This document shows, one piece after another, positions 30,929-42,600 of a DNA stretch of 64,000 nt. Position numbers and translations under genes: made by a program. Source of the DNA: Amoebophrya sp. A120 (lineage: Eukaryota > Protista > Dinoflagellata); the NCBI GenBank assembly GCA_905178155.1, contig CAJINV010000022.1:310001-374000 (forward strand), in the 5' to 3' direction. How positions within the stretch are numbered: position 1 is the first letter of the stretch; each line of letters starts with the position of its first letter. Under the pieces are notes generated by a model. The model saw nothing but the letters and a program-made list of their open reading frames with translations. It searched no databases and was not told where the DNA came from.

Positions 30929-32611
30929 ATGAACGCTCGTCGGTCCTCTGCTGGGTCCTTGTTCTCCGGCGGAACAGCTACGGCTACACTCCTGTTACTG
31001 GGCACGACTACAGTCCTCCTCGGCCACCAGGTGCACGCCGCTACGCCGGTCCATGGAGGTGTAGTTGGCGTTCCTAGTCCGGATGTTGGATCTGAGCATG
31101 ACGGTGACATGCATATTGGCAACTACATGAGTACCACAGGAGTAGACCAGGAGCGCAAAGACGAACAGCATGCGGAGATCAACATGTCGGTCGAGCCTGG
31201 TCGTGAACAAGAGCAAGACAAAGAGCACCATTCTCCTATCGGTGCCAACGTGCTTCGGTCCGCATCGACTGTGATTTCCAATACTATCGGAAACTTGGCA
31301 AACCGCGGACCGAGTGCGGTTTCCAACACCATTGGGAACTTGGCAAACCGCTTTCGCCGCAAGAGGAAGGCGGGAGAAGCTGGGCTAGTTTTCGGTGGAC
31401 CAGATGTCGTTGATGGCCAACAAGAGCAGAAAGTTGCTGAAAATTCTGCATCAGCAACTGGTGAGCCACGCAGCTCCTCGACCACGTCCGCCCCCACCTC
31501 TCCTGACAGAGAGAGCCAGAGCGCGCCTTCCCCTGTCGCAGATCCTGAATATCATCCCCGCGTGGTTGGAGATCTTCTAGATGATGATCTTCCTGATGCT
31601 GATCAGGAGAAGTCGATGATGAAGGACCAGGATGCTGACGTAGTTCTTGACGCTGCCGACGTTGTTCTTCATGCTGGAGACGTTCTTGAGGGGCCACTGG
31701 CCGATCATCGCCCCGATAGTCAAGAAGAAGCTCCCGTTGTAGCAGCAAGAACGCCCACCCATTCGCCGGTCGAAGATGAGCAGATGACCGAACAAACGTC
31801 GCCCCTGGACGACGACGAGGTAGAGCGCAGGGTGAAGCGGCAGCGAACGGACGAGGGCGTTTTCGCTACAACAGCTTCCGCCGCACCTGCTAGCCCTTCG
31901 CCTTCGTCCTCCTCTTCCGCTTCCGGTCCGCCTGCTGCGGCCTTCAGCACGGAAGAGGAGAAAAAGGTGGATGAGGCGGTGCGCATATTGGTTGAGAAGA
32001 ACTTCTCGCCCGCCCAGATTGCTAAGCTCATTGTTCACAAGGCCGTGCTAATGGCTGACAATATTGCCACTGCCAGTGATGTTGAAATTGAAGTAAATAG
32101 TCTAACATCCGCAGCTGCAGGCCCTCACGTGGTCGACGCGGATGTGCCCGTCGTCGAGCATGGTGAACAGCTGCCGGCCACTGAAATTATTCCTGAAGTA
32201 GAACAAGACACGCCGTTGGTGACCACCTCCCCCGCTGGTGAAGTGCAAGACGCTCCTCCCGCAGCGACCCACGGGACCACGACTGAGGAAAGCATGGAAG
32301 TAGAAATGGTGGACCGAGAGGAGCATCAAGAGCCGGCGCATCTGGAACAGGTCGACATGGAGGGAAAACAAAATGCACAAGACCAAGCGACGTTGGAACA
32401 GGCCGAGGTGGTGGAAAAAACTACCGTGCCCGGCACCAGTCTTGTTCCAGATGAGCATCAAGAAGTTGCGGCGGCAGCTAGCTCCGGTTCGACGGGACAA
32501 GTTTCTAGTGAAGAAGTTGAACAACAAACTGGTGGCTCCTTCTTTGCGCCGGTGAGAAGTTCTACGCAGCGGGCGGGAAAGAGGTGGGGACCCTTTTCCT
32601 CCTGGTTCTAG
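30929..32611 (+). CDS. Putative secreted acidic protein with NLS-like motifs, tandem copy 1 (intronless)
   Basis: 560-aa ORF. Hydrophobic N-terminus ending HQVHA-ATPV. Basic clusters RFRRKRK and RRVKRQR. Paralog at 33840. Confidence 0.8.
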   Translation: MNARRSSAGSLFSGGTATATLLLLGTTTVLLGHQVHAATPVHGGVVGVPSPDVGSEHDGDMHIGNYMSTTGVDQERKDEQHAEINMSVEPGREQEQDKEHHSPIGANVLRSASTVISNTIGNLANRGPSAVSNTIGNLANRFRRKRKAGEAGLVFGGPDVVDGQQEQKVAENSASATGEPRSSSTTSAPTSPDRESQSAPSPVADPEYHPRVVGDLLDDDLPDADQEKSMMKDQDADVVLDAADVVLHAGDVLEGPLADHRPDSQEEAPVVAARTPTHSPVEDEQMTEQTSPLDDDEVERRVKRQRTDEGVFATTASAAPASPSPSSSSSASGPPAAAFSTEEEKKVDEAVRILVEKNFSPAQIAKLIVHKAVLMADNIATASDVEIEVNSLTSAAAGPHVVDADVPVVEHGEQLPATEIIPEVEQDTPLVTTSPAGEVQDAPPAATHGTTTEESMEVEMVDREEHQEPAHLEQVDMEGKQNAQDQATLEQAEVVEKTTVPGTSLVPDEHQEVAAAASSGSTGQVSSEEVEQQTGGSFFAPVRSSTQRAGKRWGPFSSWF

Positions 32612-33839
32612 AGAAGAGATGACGGACGAAGGGAAGAAAAAAGAGAAGCACGTCGTGGCCGTGCGCCAAGCGACTTGACTCAATTAGGAGGCCTGGTGGT
32701 CCATGTTGTATGATTGTTCTGTACACATGATAGTACTTACCGAATCCAATACTAGTTAGTAGCACAGCAAGTACCACAACCACCAGAACGCAGTCACTCA
32801 GAAGTGTTGGTGTAGTTGCCGTCATCTTTTGGCGCAGAGATGCTGACATGGTCATAGTACAAAGCTGCTACAGAAGTAAAGTTAGAGAAGTTTACTCACT
32901 CGAGCATACGAGCAGTTTCAAGTGCATAAGGGTTTATGCCTTTCAAGTCTGAAACTGTAACAAGCAAGGTGAATTTATTCCTGTATGATAATTATCATGA
33001 AGATTGTGGTAGGAGCGAGCAAGAAACTATACTTACACCTTCGATGCTCCTTGGTGGAAAATGTGAATGTAAGTATCGAATTGCGATTTTCGTGCTGCAG
33101 AAACGCTGGAAGATGACCTATTTGCTGTTCACTCCTCTTGCAACATGTTCTCCGTGTCAGAGGAAGATCCAGTGACGTCGCGATCTTTCATCGACATCAT
33201 CCAGATCCAAACCCATCCCCTCGCCTTCTTCACCTGTATTTTCGACGTTGTTCGTGATTTGATGTGATCCATTTTTCTTCTTGATGAAGAAATTTGTCAA
33301 CATACCGGTACGATATAATTTTTGCAATGCATAGAAGAAGACATGCTGCAATTCATTGACATCTTCAGAAGACCTGTTGCATCGCGTTGATGCACGGGTT
33401 TGATGTACTTCTACTTGGACGTCGTGCTACTGCTACGTATACTGTATACGTTGCCGTGCGTCGTGGATCGAGATCAATCGACAAGATCTATTTCGTGCGC
33501 TCCCGGCGCCGACCGGGGCGCAGCACAACTCATGGATGATTGATGATGTGCCCCCTCGTCGTAAAATTGTCGCAGTCAACAATAAACCTCTTCTAGACAA
33601 CTACAACTTGCTTTTTCGAAAAGCACCGCTACTTCGGCTCCACTTAATCGTTGTTTCGAAGTAAGACCAAGATCTTCTTGTTCAATCCTCACATTGTTCA
33701 CACTTAAGTATAAGTACATCAACTACAACTACACGCGGCACAAACAATATTTATCTATATATAAGTAGTAAAGTGAGTATCAGTAGAAGCACCATCTGTG
33801 CTAGTTCTAGTATATCTTCATTTCTCATCCGCCTCGAAA

Positions 33840-35501
33840 ATGAACTGTCGTCGGTCCACCTCTGTTGGGTCTTTGTTCTATTCCGGAACCGCCACGGCGA
33901 CACTCCTGTTACTGGGTACAACGACTACTGTCCTCCTCGGCCACCAGGTGCACGCCGCTACGCCGGTCCAAGGAGGTGTTGGCGTTCCTAGTAGTCCGGA
34001 TGTCGATGTTGGTGTTGGATCTGAGCCTGACGCTGACATGCATGTTGGCAACTACATGAGTACCACAGGAGTAGACCAGGAGCGCAGTGAAGAACAAGAG
34101 CATGCGGAGATCACCACGCCGGTCGTTCCTGGTGAACACGAGGAAGACAAAGAGCATCACTCTCATACGGCCAACGTGTTTCGGTCCGCACCGACTGCGT
34201 TTTATTCCAACATCATTGGGAACATGGCAAACCGCGGACCGAGTGCGATTTCCAACACCATCGGAAACTTGGCAAACCGCTTTCGCCGCAAGAGGAAGGC
34301 GGGAGAAGCTGGGCTAATTCATCTCCGTGGAACAGAGGCCAGCACCTCTTCGACGTCGCCCGCCCCCACCTCTCCTGACAGAGAGAGCCAGAGCGCGCCT
34401 TCCCCTGTCGCAGTTCCTGAATATCATCCCACCGTGGTTGGAGATCTTCTAGATGATGATCTTCCTGATGCTGAGGAGGAGAAGTCGATGATGAAGGACC
34501 AGGATGCTGACATAGTTCTTGACGCTGCTGACGTTGTTCTTCGTGCTGGAGACGTTCTTGAGGGACCACTGGCAGATGATCGCCACGATGATCAAGGAGA
34601 AGGTCCTGATGTAGCAGCAAGAACGTCCATCGCCGTCCCAACGCCAGTTGAAAATGAGGAGACCGAAAGAATGTCGCCCCTGGACGACGACGAGTTAGAG
34701 CGCAGGGTGAAGCGGCAGCGAACGGATACGGAGGGTGTTTTCATCGCTACAACAACTTCCGCCGCACCTGCTAGCCCTTCGCCTTCCTCCTCCTCTTCCT
34801 CTTCCTCTTCCGGTCCGCCTACCGCTCATCTTACCACGGAAGAAACGGAAAAGCTGGATGAGGTGGTGCGCATGTTGGTTGAGAAGAACTTCTCGCCCGA
34901 CCAGATTGTGCAGCTCATGGTTCACAGGGCCGTTCTGATGGTTAACAGGGCTGCCACTGCCAGTGATATTGAAGTAAACAGTCCTAGAACATCAGCAGCA
35001 GGCCCTGCTCATGTCCACGCAGAAGATGTGCCCGTCGTCGAGCATGGAGAACATCAGCCGGTCACCGAAATTGTTCCTGAAGTAGAACAAGACACGCCGT
35101 TGGTGACCTCCACCGCTGGTGAAATGCAAGATGCTCCTGCCGCAGCGACCCACGGGACCACGACTGAGGAAAGCATGGAAGTGGAAATGGTGGCGCCGCG
35201 AGAAGAGCATCAAGAGCCGGACCATCTGGAAAAGGTCGGTATGGAGGCACAGCATGCACAAGAGCAGTTGGAGCACCAGTTCGAGTTGGAACAAACTACA
35301 ACCGTGCCCGGCACCAGTCTTGATGTTCCAGATGAACATCAAGAAGTGGCGGCGGCAGCTAGCTCCAGTTCGACGGGACAAGTTTCTAGTGAAGATGGCG
35401 AACAACAACAAACTGGTGGCTCCGTCTTTGCGCCGGTGAGAACTTCTACGCAGCGGGCGGGAAATAAAGTCCGGGGGTTCTTTTCCTGGTTCCAGAAGTA
35501 A
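33840..35501 (+). CDS. Putative secreted acidic protein with NLS-like motifs, tandem copy 2 (intronless)
   Basis: Colinear paralog of 30929-32611 whose indels keep the frame. Upstream and downstream flanks are also duplicated. Confidence 0.8.
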   Translation: MNCRRSTSVGSLFYSGTATATLLLLGTTTTVLLGHQVHAATPVQGGVGVPSSPDVDVGVGSEPDADMHVGNYMSTTGVDQERSEEQEHAEITTPVVPGEHEEDKEHHSHTANVFRSAPTAFYSNIIGNMANRGPSAISNTIGNLANRFRRKRKAGEAGLIHLRGTEASTSSTSPAPTSPDRESQSAPSPVAVPEYHPTVVGDLLDDDLPDAEEEKSMMKDQDADIVLDAADVVLRAGDVLEGPLADDRHDDQGEGPDVAARTSIAVPTPVENEETERMSPLDDDELERRVKRQRTDTEGVFIATTTSAAPASPSPSSSSSSSSSGPPTAHLTTEETEKLDEVVRMLVEKNFSPDQIVQLMVHRAVLMVNRAATASDIEVNSPRTSAAGPAHVHAEDVPVVEHGEHQPVTEIVPEVEQDTPLVTSTAGEMQDAPAAATHGTTTEESMEVEMVAPREEHQEPDHLEKVGMEAQHAQEQLEHQFELEQTTTVPGTSLDVPDEHQEVAAAASSSSTGQVSSEDGEQQQTGGSVFAPVRTSTQRAGNKVRGFFSWFQK

Positions 35502-36637
35502 GCTGGCGCATCGTTCTGCTCTTTGCCAAGGAAAGCTGTCAATGCGCATACAAATTGTACGAGTACTTACCGGAGGTGGGCAGGCAAAGCTAGAAGGGAA
35601 GACGAGGGAAGAAGACAAGAACGCGAGATGAAGCTGCCACGATGAAACGCTACTTGAAATTTTTGGTTAGGAAGTCTGGTGTCCATGTTGTATGATCGTT
35701 CTGTACGCATGATAGTACTTACATACCAAATCCAATACTAGTACCATAAGCAGTACCACCAGAACGCATTTTTCGATGGTGTGGCTACCGTCATCTTATT
35801 TTTGGGGGCCCAGAGATGCTGGTAACGCACTTTTGTGCTGTGAGCAGCAGTTGTGTGGATGAATCAGCAAAACAAAATGTTTGCGATGGCCACAGTTTCA
35901 GACTACAGCAGTATTAAACTAAGAGTAGTTCCAGTTTCACGGGAGCTGCGTACGAGCAAGTTCAAGTGCATAAGTGCATAAGGGTTTATGCCTTTCACAT
36001 CTGAAGAACAGAGTAACCAAATGGTTGTTGTGTATGATATATGATCAGAATCATCTTGGTACTTCCGGCGAGCAGCAGTCTGTAGAAATATCTTCGATGC
36101 ATCTTCTTGATGGTCGTGGACAATGTAATAAATGCTTGCGATTATCATGCCGTAGAATGCAGATAAACTAAATTAAATGCTACGATGTTCATATTTCTGT
36201 TGTTCACCAGCTGGCTCCTGTTGCATGTTCTTCATGCCACAGGAAAATGATCCAATGCCTGTGTCTTTCACTCGCAGAAGGTGGTCTAAGAAGGTCGCAG
36301 AAGTTGAAGTGCAATAGCTTCGGATCGGGACGAGATCTTTGTAAATTCCAACCTACGACCACCACGGTTCGCATCGGATCCGATTGGTGATTCAATTTCG
36401 GCAGTGGTGAAGATGAAGGTGCTCATGCTGCAGTTGTATCGAGTGTCTGCTTCTCATCTCCAACGTCTTGCTTTTTTTTTGTCGAATCCTCACAGTCGGC
36501 GTCAAGGAGCGCGAGGTTCTTGCTCTTGACTGATGTATGAGTATAATCAAATCCTGTTCAATTTGCGCAGGAGGAGTTTCTCACTAGTTGTACATTGCCT
36601 TCCCATGGACCACGACGACACCTAGTGGCCTCTGATA

Positions 36638-39600
36638 ATGTATTCATCTTGTGCTTGTTTGTGTTTCTATGCCTATTCGCTGAAAATTTCAAGTACTTTA
36701 ATATCATGGCCCACCAAACGTTTATTTTGCATTTTCTTTGCCTTGAACTCGAACAAAACATTAAGCCCCAGCATTCGTAGTACCCGAAAAAGATGTTCGG
36801 CAGCTGCCCGCTTCGTAGTTTATTTAGCTGCCACCTGCTTCTTCGTTGTTTGCGCACTTCATCTTCTGCTCCACGTTAACGTTAACCTTGTCAAAGGATC
36901 TTCGAGTGCAGCTGAAGATGTGGTCGTGGATAAAAACGTATCACCGGGACGAGGTCGTGGCAACCTTCAGATCATCGCGAACTATTTTCGCAACCCAGAT
37001 TTGTTCCGTTCCACGGATGCGAATGTGCACGACGAGGTCTTGACGGCGCTGAGTGGTGAGATTTTATTTGCGTCTACTCGATTTTCATCTGTAAAAACAG
37101 GAGCAACGAACAGCACCTCCACTGACCTCCACCACCTTCTGCTTCTCGCCGCTCGATTAGCCGGGGACAGCACGTCGAAAAATCCGAAGTACTACCGGGA
37201 ACTCGACCGCCGGTTTCGGCAGTGGCGACAGAATGAGTTTGCGACGTTTGGGAAATATTGGACATGTGGACCGCTGAACGTCCGACGGAGCGATGAGTTT
37301 TTCGCAAGTGCGATAATTTCTGATGCGAAGACACGAAGTAGAAACGGAGACGAAGTAAAAGCCGCAGGCTCGGCTGGCGCAAGATCAAACAAGAACGATT
37401 CACCAAGAATTTTCCCCGCCTCCAATCTCATCAACCCGCTTCCAGTCGTCTGGTCCGAAGCGGATCTGATCCCCTTCCCCTTTCTCGAGCAGTTTCTGGA
37501 GCTGAAAGAAACGCAGAAGCGGTTCAAACGGGATATTGCGGACGGTGGGGAAAAATTGGAAGAGTTGTTTGCCGCTGTACTGGGCAGGGAGGCTCAGCAC
37601 GCGCAGGACTTGGGAATCGCACAACTAGACGAAGAGTTGTTGGCCACTTCTAGTTTGGAATCTGAATCAGAATCTTCAAGCTTGAATAACGCCGGCCGGC
37701 TGTTTCAGAAACTGCTCGAATCCGTCGTCACAGAGGGCAACGCCATCTCGTCTGTGACGTTGCTGCGGCATGACAAAGACGCAGCACAACTCCTGAACAA
37801 GCAAAACCCCCAAGACCACCGGGTAAACCAAGCCGCCTGTCAAGTAGTGCCCCGGATCTGCACAGAGCTACTCGACCGACCGGAAATCAAGCGCTGCGAC
37901 GAGGCGTCGGCCTCGCTGTTGCGATTTTCATCTTCTGGGGAAGACGACGAGCACCTCCAAGCGCAGACTCAAATAAAAATTTTTGATGCAGACAGGAACG
38001 GATTGCAGCAACAGTCAGAAGCAGACAGCACGACCGAGGCAGTCACTTCCACCGCAAGTACTAGACCACTTCTCCTTTCCCGTCCGGTGCTAACAGTGGT
38101 GGTTCTGTTGCACGCCAAAAACCTCATCGCAAATAACGCGACACTTTCCCTCACCGTTGGTGATGGTACAACTCATCAAGAAGCTGGTCAGGCTGTATCA
38201 CCTCCCAAGAACTCTTTGCCGCTGAAACTCGGAAAGCCGGTCGTTTTTGACAGCACCGTCCCGCACTTCTACAGCATAGAAAAACCAAGTGCCTCAAGAA
38301 GAAGTAGAACAATGGGCACCAAGAAGATGAACAAACCCGCCGCCGCCCTCACCGCAGTCGCCCTTCGCGTCGATCTATCAAATGCAAATGTGTCTGGGTC
38401 TGGAAGGTTGCAACTTGTCATGCTAAATCTGATTCATGCAAAGAGTCTGTGTTGCGTGATTACTTACCAACAGCCGTCCTTTTTTACCAAGCTGAGAGGG
38501 TATTTCTCAGGCAGGATAGGCATGATAGAGATCTCACAGAATTTGTCATGCTAGGTGCTGCATTCCAGACCTCATGAGTCATAGAGCACCTGCATGACAA
38601 ACGTGAGAATCTTCCAGACCCAGACATATGTGCAGTTGATACGATCTTTGCGGACCCTGCGCCGCGTCCGCGGTGAAAAATCGGCTGTACAAGTCAATTA
38701 TGGATAGCAAATATATCTGGGTCTGGAAGAAGACAAACCTGTGATGCGCATTTCAGAACATAGAAAAATCTCTCATGCATAAGTAGCAAAAGCTGCCCAC
38801 TTTCTGTCACCAAAATGGGGGACTTGTCATGCGGATTCGGCATTGCGGAAGCTCCTCGAGACCTGTGATGCTAGAGCTTCCATGCCAGCCCTTCTGTGTC
38901 ATGCAAAAACAGCATGACTCTTCCAGACCCAGACACTTTTACACTTGATATCAATCGGAAATCCTCTTTTCTCGGTTTGCACCGCCACTGCGGCAACTGC
39001 CGGCGTTTTTTCTGAACATGCTGCGGTTGTTGATGGTCAGCAAGCACCGATAATACCTATCAACTGCAAAAATGTCTGGGTCTGGAAGAGTGCCAGACTT
39101 GTCATGCAGGTTTTCCAAGACCCATTAGGTCTGGTATGTAGGAAATAGCACGACAGATTCTGTGAGAGTTCTATCATGCCTATCCTGCATGAGAAACTGC
39201 TTCTCGATTAGGTCAAAAGTGGACAGCTTTTGGCAATCATGCAACACAGATTTTTACATAATTTTAATTCAGGTTTAGCATGACAAGTTGCTTCGTTCCA
39301 GACCCAGACATTTTTGCACTTGATGATACCGACGCTCGAACAAATCCAAGAGGAAGATAGACAAGTAGGACAGCATATCCTGTCGTGCAAAAGTATCGTA
39401 CTCGTATTGCAGTCATGCATTACAAATCCTTTTGTTAAGGTAAATCCGCATTACATTCTCATGCTGAGGAAATTTGTAATGCATTTATACGAGTACGATA
39501 CTTCTGCAGTTCATACAGCACTTAGGCTTGGCGCCAGGGGATGCGAACAGATATCCTTTCGACAAAGCCACTGAGATAAATTTCGACGGAAGTAGAGCCG

Positions 39601-42600
39601 CAGCTGCAGCTCCAACAATTGTCCAGGCTTCAGTATCATCATCATCAGGCCCACCCAAAATCCTAAGTTCCAACCAGTCCCCCTGCGCGCCCTTCCAGGC
39701 CAACCCGCAGCTGGTGGATATCGGCACGGACTGCTATGCGGAACTCTGGCAACAGGCCGGCTGCACCCAGCCCCCACCGGAATACACGAGTTGGCACGCG
39801 GCGCAGTCGTTATCGGGGTTGCAGTACCAAGTGCAAAAATGTCTGGGTCTGGAAGAATGCATGTTTGTCATGCTTGTGTTGCATGACTCTTAAATCTGTC
39901 ATGCACGTTACCCAAGGCCAAGAGCTCCATTTTTCTGTGATGCAGAAACGCAGTTTGACGTCATGCAGAATAGGCAACACCTAGCAGCTCAGAAACTTGT
40001 CATGCTGAGCCAGCACTTGTGGCCTCGTCATGAGACGCCACCCAGCGTCACAAGTTTCCAGACCCAGACATATTTGCAGTTGATATGCAGGAAGACGCGC
40101 GACAGTGGGCAAGTCTAGTCACGGAGAAGCATCGGCTAGGGTGCTATGGGAGAGTGGAAGTGAGTACGGATGACAGAAGTCCGTCGGCTGGAAGTAGAAG
40201 CTCTGTCGGAGGTGAACAAAGAGACTCAGCTTCTAATGCACAACTACCCGCGTCGCCTACAACTGGCAACAAACCCGCGTCAACGCGGATGGAAAAGATC
40301 AAATCCTTGATCCTATCCTGTGCAAAAGTATCGTACTCGTATAAATGCATTACAAATTTCCTCAGCATGAGAAAGAAAATTTGTAATGCTGATTTACCTT
40401 AAGAAGAAGATGCATGAATGCAATTACTACGAGTACGATACTTTTGCACAGGATAGATCCCTATGATCGACAAGTTCCGAGAAAAAATTTTCGCGGACTA
40501 CTTCAAAAACCTCGAGGAAAAGCAGAACCAGCCGAAAGCAGGTTACTTCAACTTGGAGAGAAAACCGAGGTTTTTTGTCGACGACGAAATAGTGGAAGAT
40601 GATGTTGTATCCAGAGCAAATATGTCTGGGTCTGGCAAGAATGGGATTTGTGATGCTAACTGTCGACGATAGAAAAATCTGTATTGCATGAGAAACAAAA
40701 GGTGCTTGAATTTTTGTCACCCGGAGAGGGCATCTCTCATGCAGAATAGGCATTAGCAAGGCTTTACGAGAACTGTGATGCTATCGCATGCATCACAGGC
40801 ATCTTGGGGCATGTACAATTGTGCATGACAAACTCCCCGAATCTTCCAGACCCAGACATACTTGCATTTGATATGTTGGTCAAGAGCAGAAGAGGAAAAA
40901 GAACGTCAACGGCAGGCTGTTCCGAAAAGATCCACCACCTTGGTCGGATTCCTCCGTGTATTACCAGTTGCAGCAGCATCAGATGCAAAATTTCATCAAT
41001 GCGGTTCCTGGGCAAGCTGCTCAAGCTGCAACACAAATTTATCTTCCAATCTCCAGTGAAAATCAGCAATACCTGCAACTACTCCGACAAGAGTCCCCCT
41101 TCGGTCTGGGTAACGAAGCCAACACGAACATCGTCCCCGCGATCCCCCCAAACTACTTCGGCAACGGGCTACCTGCAACCTTTCTCCCCGGCGCCGGGCC
41201 GGAAAAAGCGCCGTTTCTGTTCGGCCGGATCCCGCGGACCTACGGTTTCTTCGGGAACGATGGGAAGGTGCAGAGACAGCAACTCGCGAACAACTTAATG
41301 ATGCTGGAACAGCAGGGAGTCCTCCAGGGCGCGGGCGCTGCGGCTGCGCAGCTCGTGAATCTCTACGCCTTTCAAAAAGACGACGAACACTATTTGGTCC
41401 CGGCGCTGCAAACTGCGTTGTGGCTAACCGAGAGAAAATTGGCGTTGACGCCATGTTTGGAGCTGGAAAAGTGCCCGTTTTTGGATGCGAAGTCCGAACA
41501 ACTAGTCGCGCAGAAATCCGAGGGAACTAGCTTATCTTCCTGCAGCCCGTTCCGTTGTATCCGGACGTACAACTTATCAACTGTAAAAGTGTCTGGGTCT
41601 GGAAGGATCCGAACTTGTGATGCGAGTTGCGGATCATACAAAGATCTGTGTTGCGTGACTGCTGGCAAAAGGTGCTCACTTCTGGCCATGCTGAGAGGGT
41701 ATTTCTCATGCAGAATAGGCATCACGAAGGGGCTGCAGAACCTGTCACGCTAGGCCCCGCATTTCAGACTTGACAGAGCCTGGAAAAAGTGCATGACAAA
41801 TTTCGGAATCTTCCAGACCCGGACATTTTTACAATGCACACAACTACCTGTTGAACAATTGCCGAGTGGTTTTCCAGGGTCTCGGTCAACCCGTGCCCAA
41901 CGTGATTTTAGACGTGTTGGACCAGGTTGACGCTTTCTTAGAAAACCGCAACCCGCCGGAGATGTATCTGGAACTCGCGCCCGCGTTGGAAGATCTTTGG
42001 CGGCAGGTGAGACCGATTCTTGGGTTGACCAGTCCGGCCGCGGTGAGGAATGAAACTTTGTGTGAGCAGGAGGAAATGTTGCTGAGGCACAAGAGTGGGG
42101 CTGGCGCCAAGTCTGCAAAAACTTTATCTGCTAGACCATCGTCTTCAACACCCTCTTCAGCCCCAGTTCTGCCGCTAGTAGGCCTGGAAATCGACAACGA
42201 ATCTGCGATGCTGAGCGCAGGAGGAGCAACTGCTGGTGCACGAACAACACCTGGAGGTACTACTAACTACGAACAGCAAATCATAGATCTCATCACGATC
42301 GCGGTAAAAGACCACGGATACAGGAGGTTGGACGTCAAGCCGGGTATGGAGAAGATTGTCGCGGCGGCGTTTCGAGAAGATAATTTTTATCGCCAACAAG
42401 ATTCAACAAACTATCCAGCGTTAGGAAAGTTCTACAACGCCGTCGACCTGGTTTTTCAATTCACCGGATCCGGGTCCTCTGAGCAATTCCAGAATTTCGA
42501 ACAGAAGCAAATTGCTTGCTTGCTGGTGAACTTTCAAGACTTTGTCCCAGTGGAACAGCTGGCGCAACTACTGCTCTTAACTAACGATAAACAGGAGACC

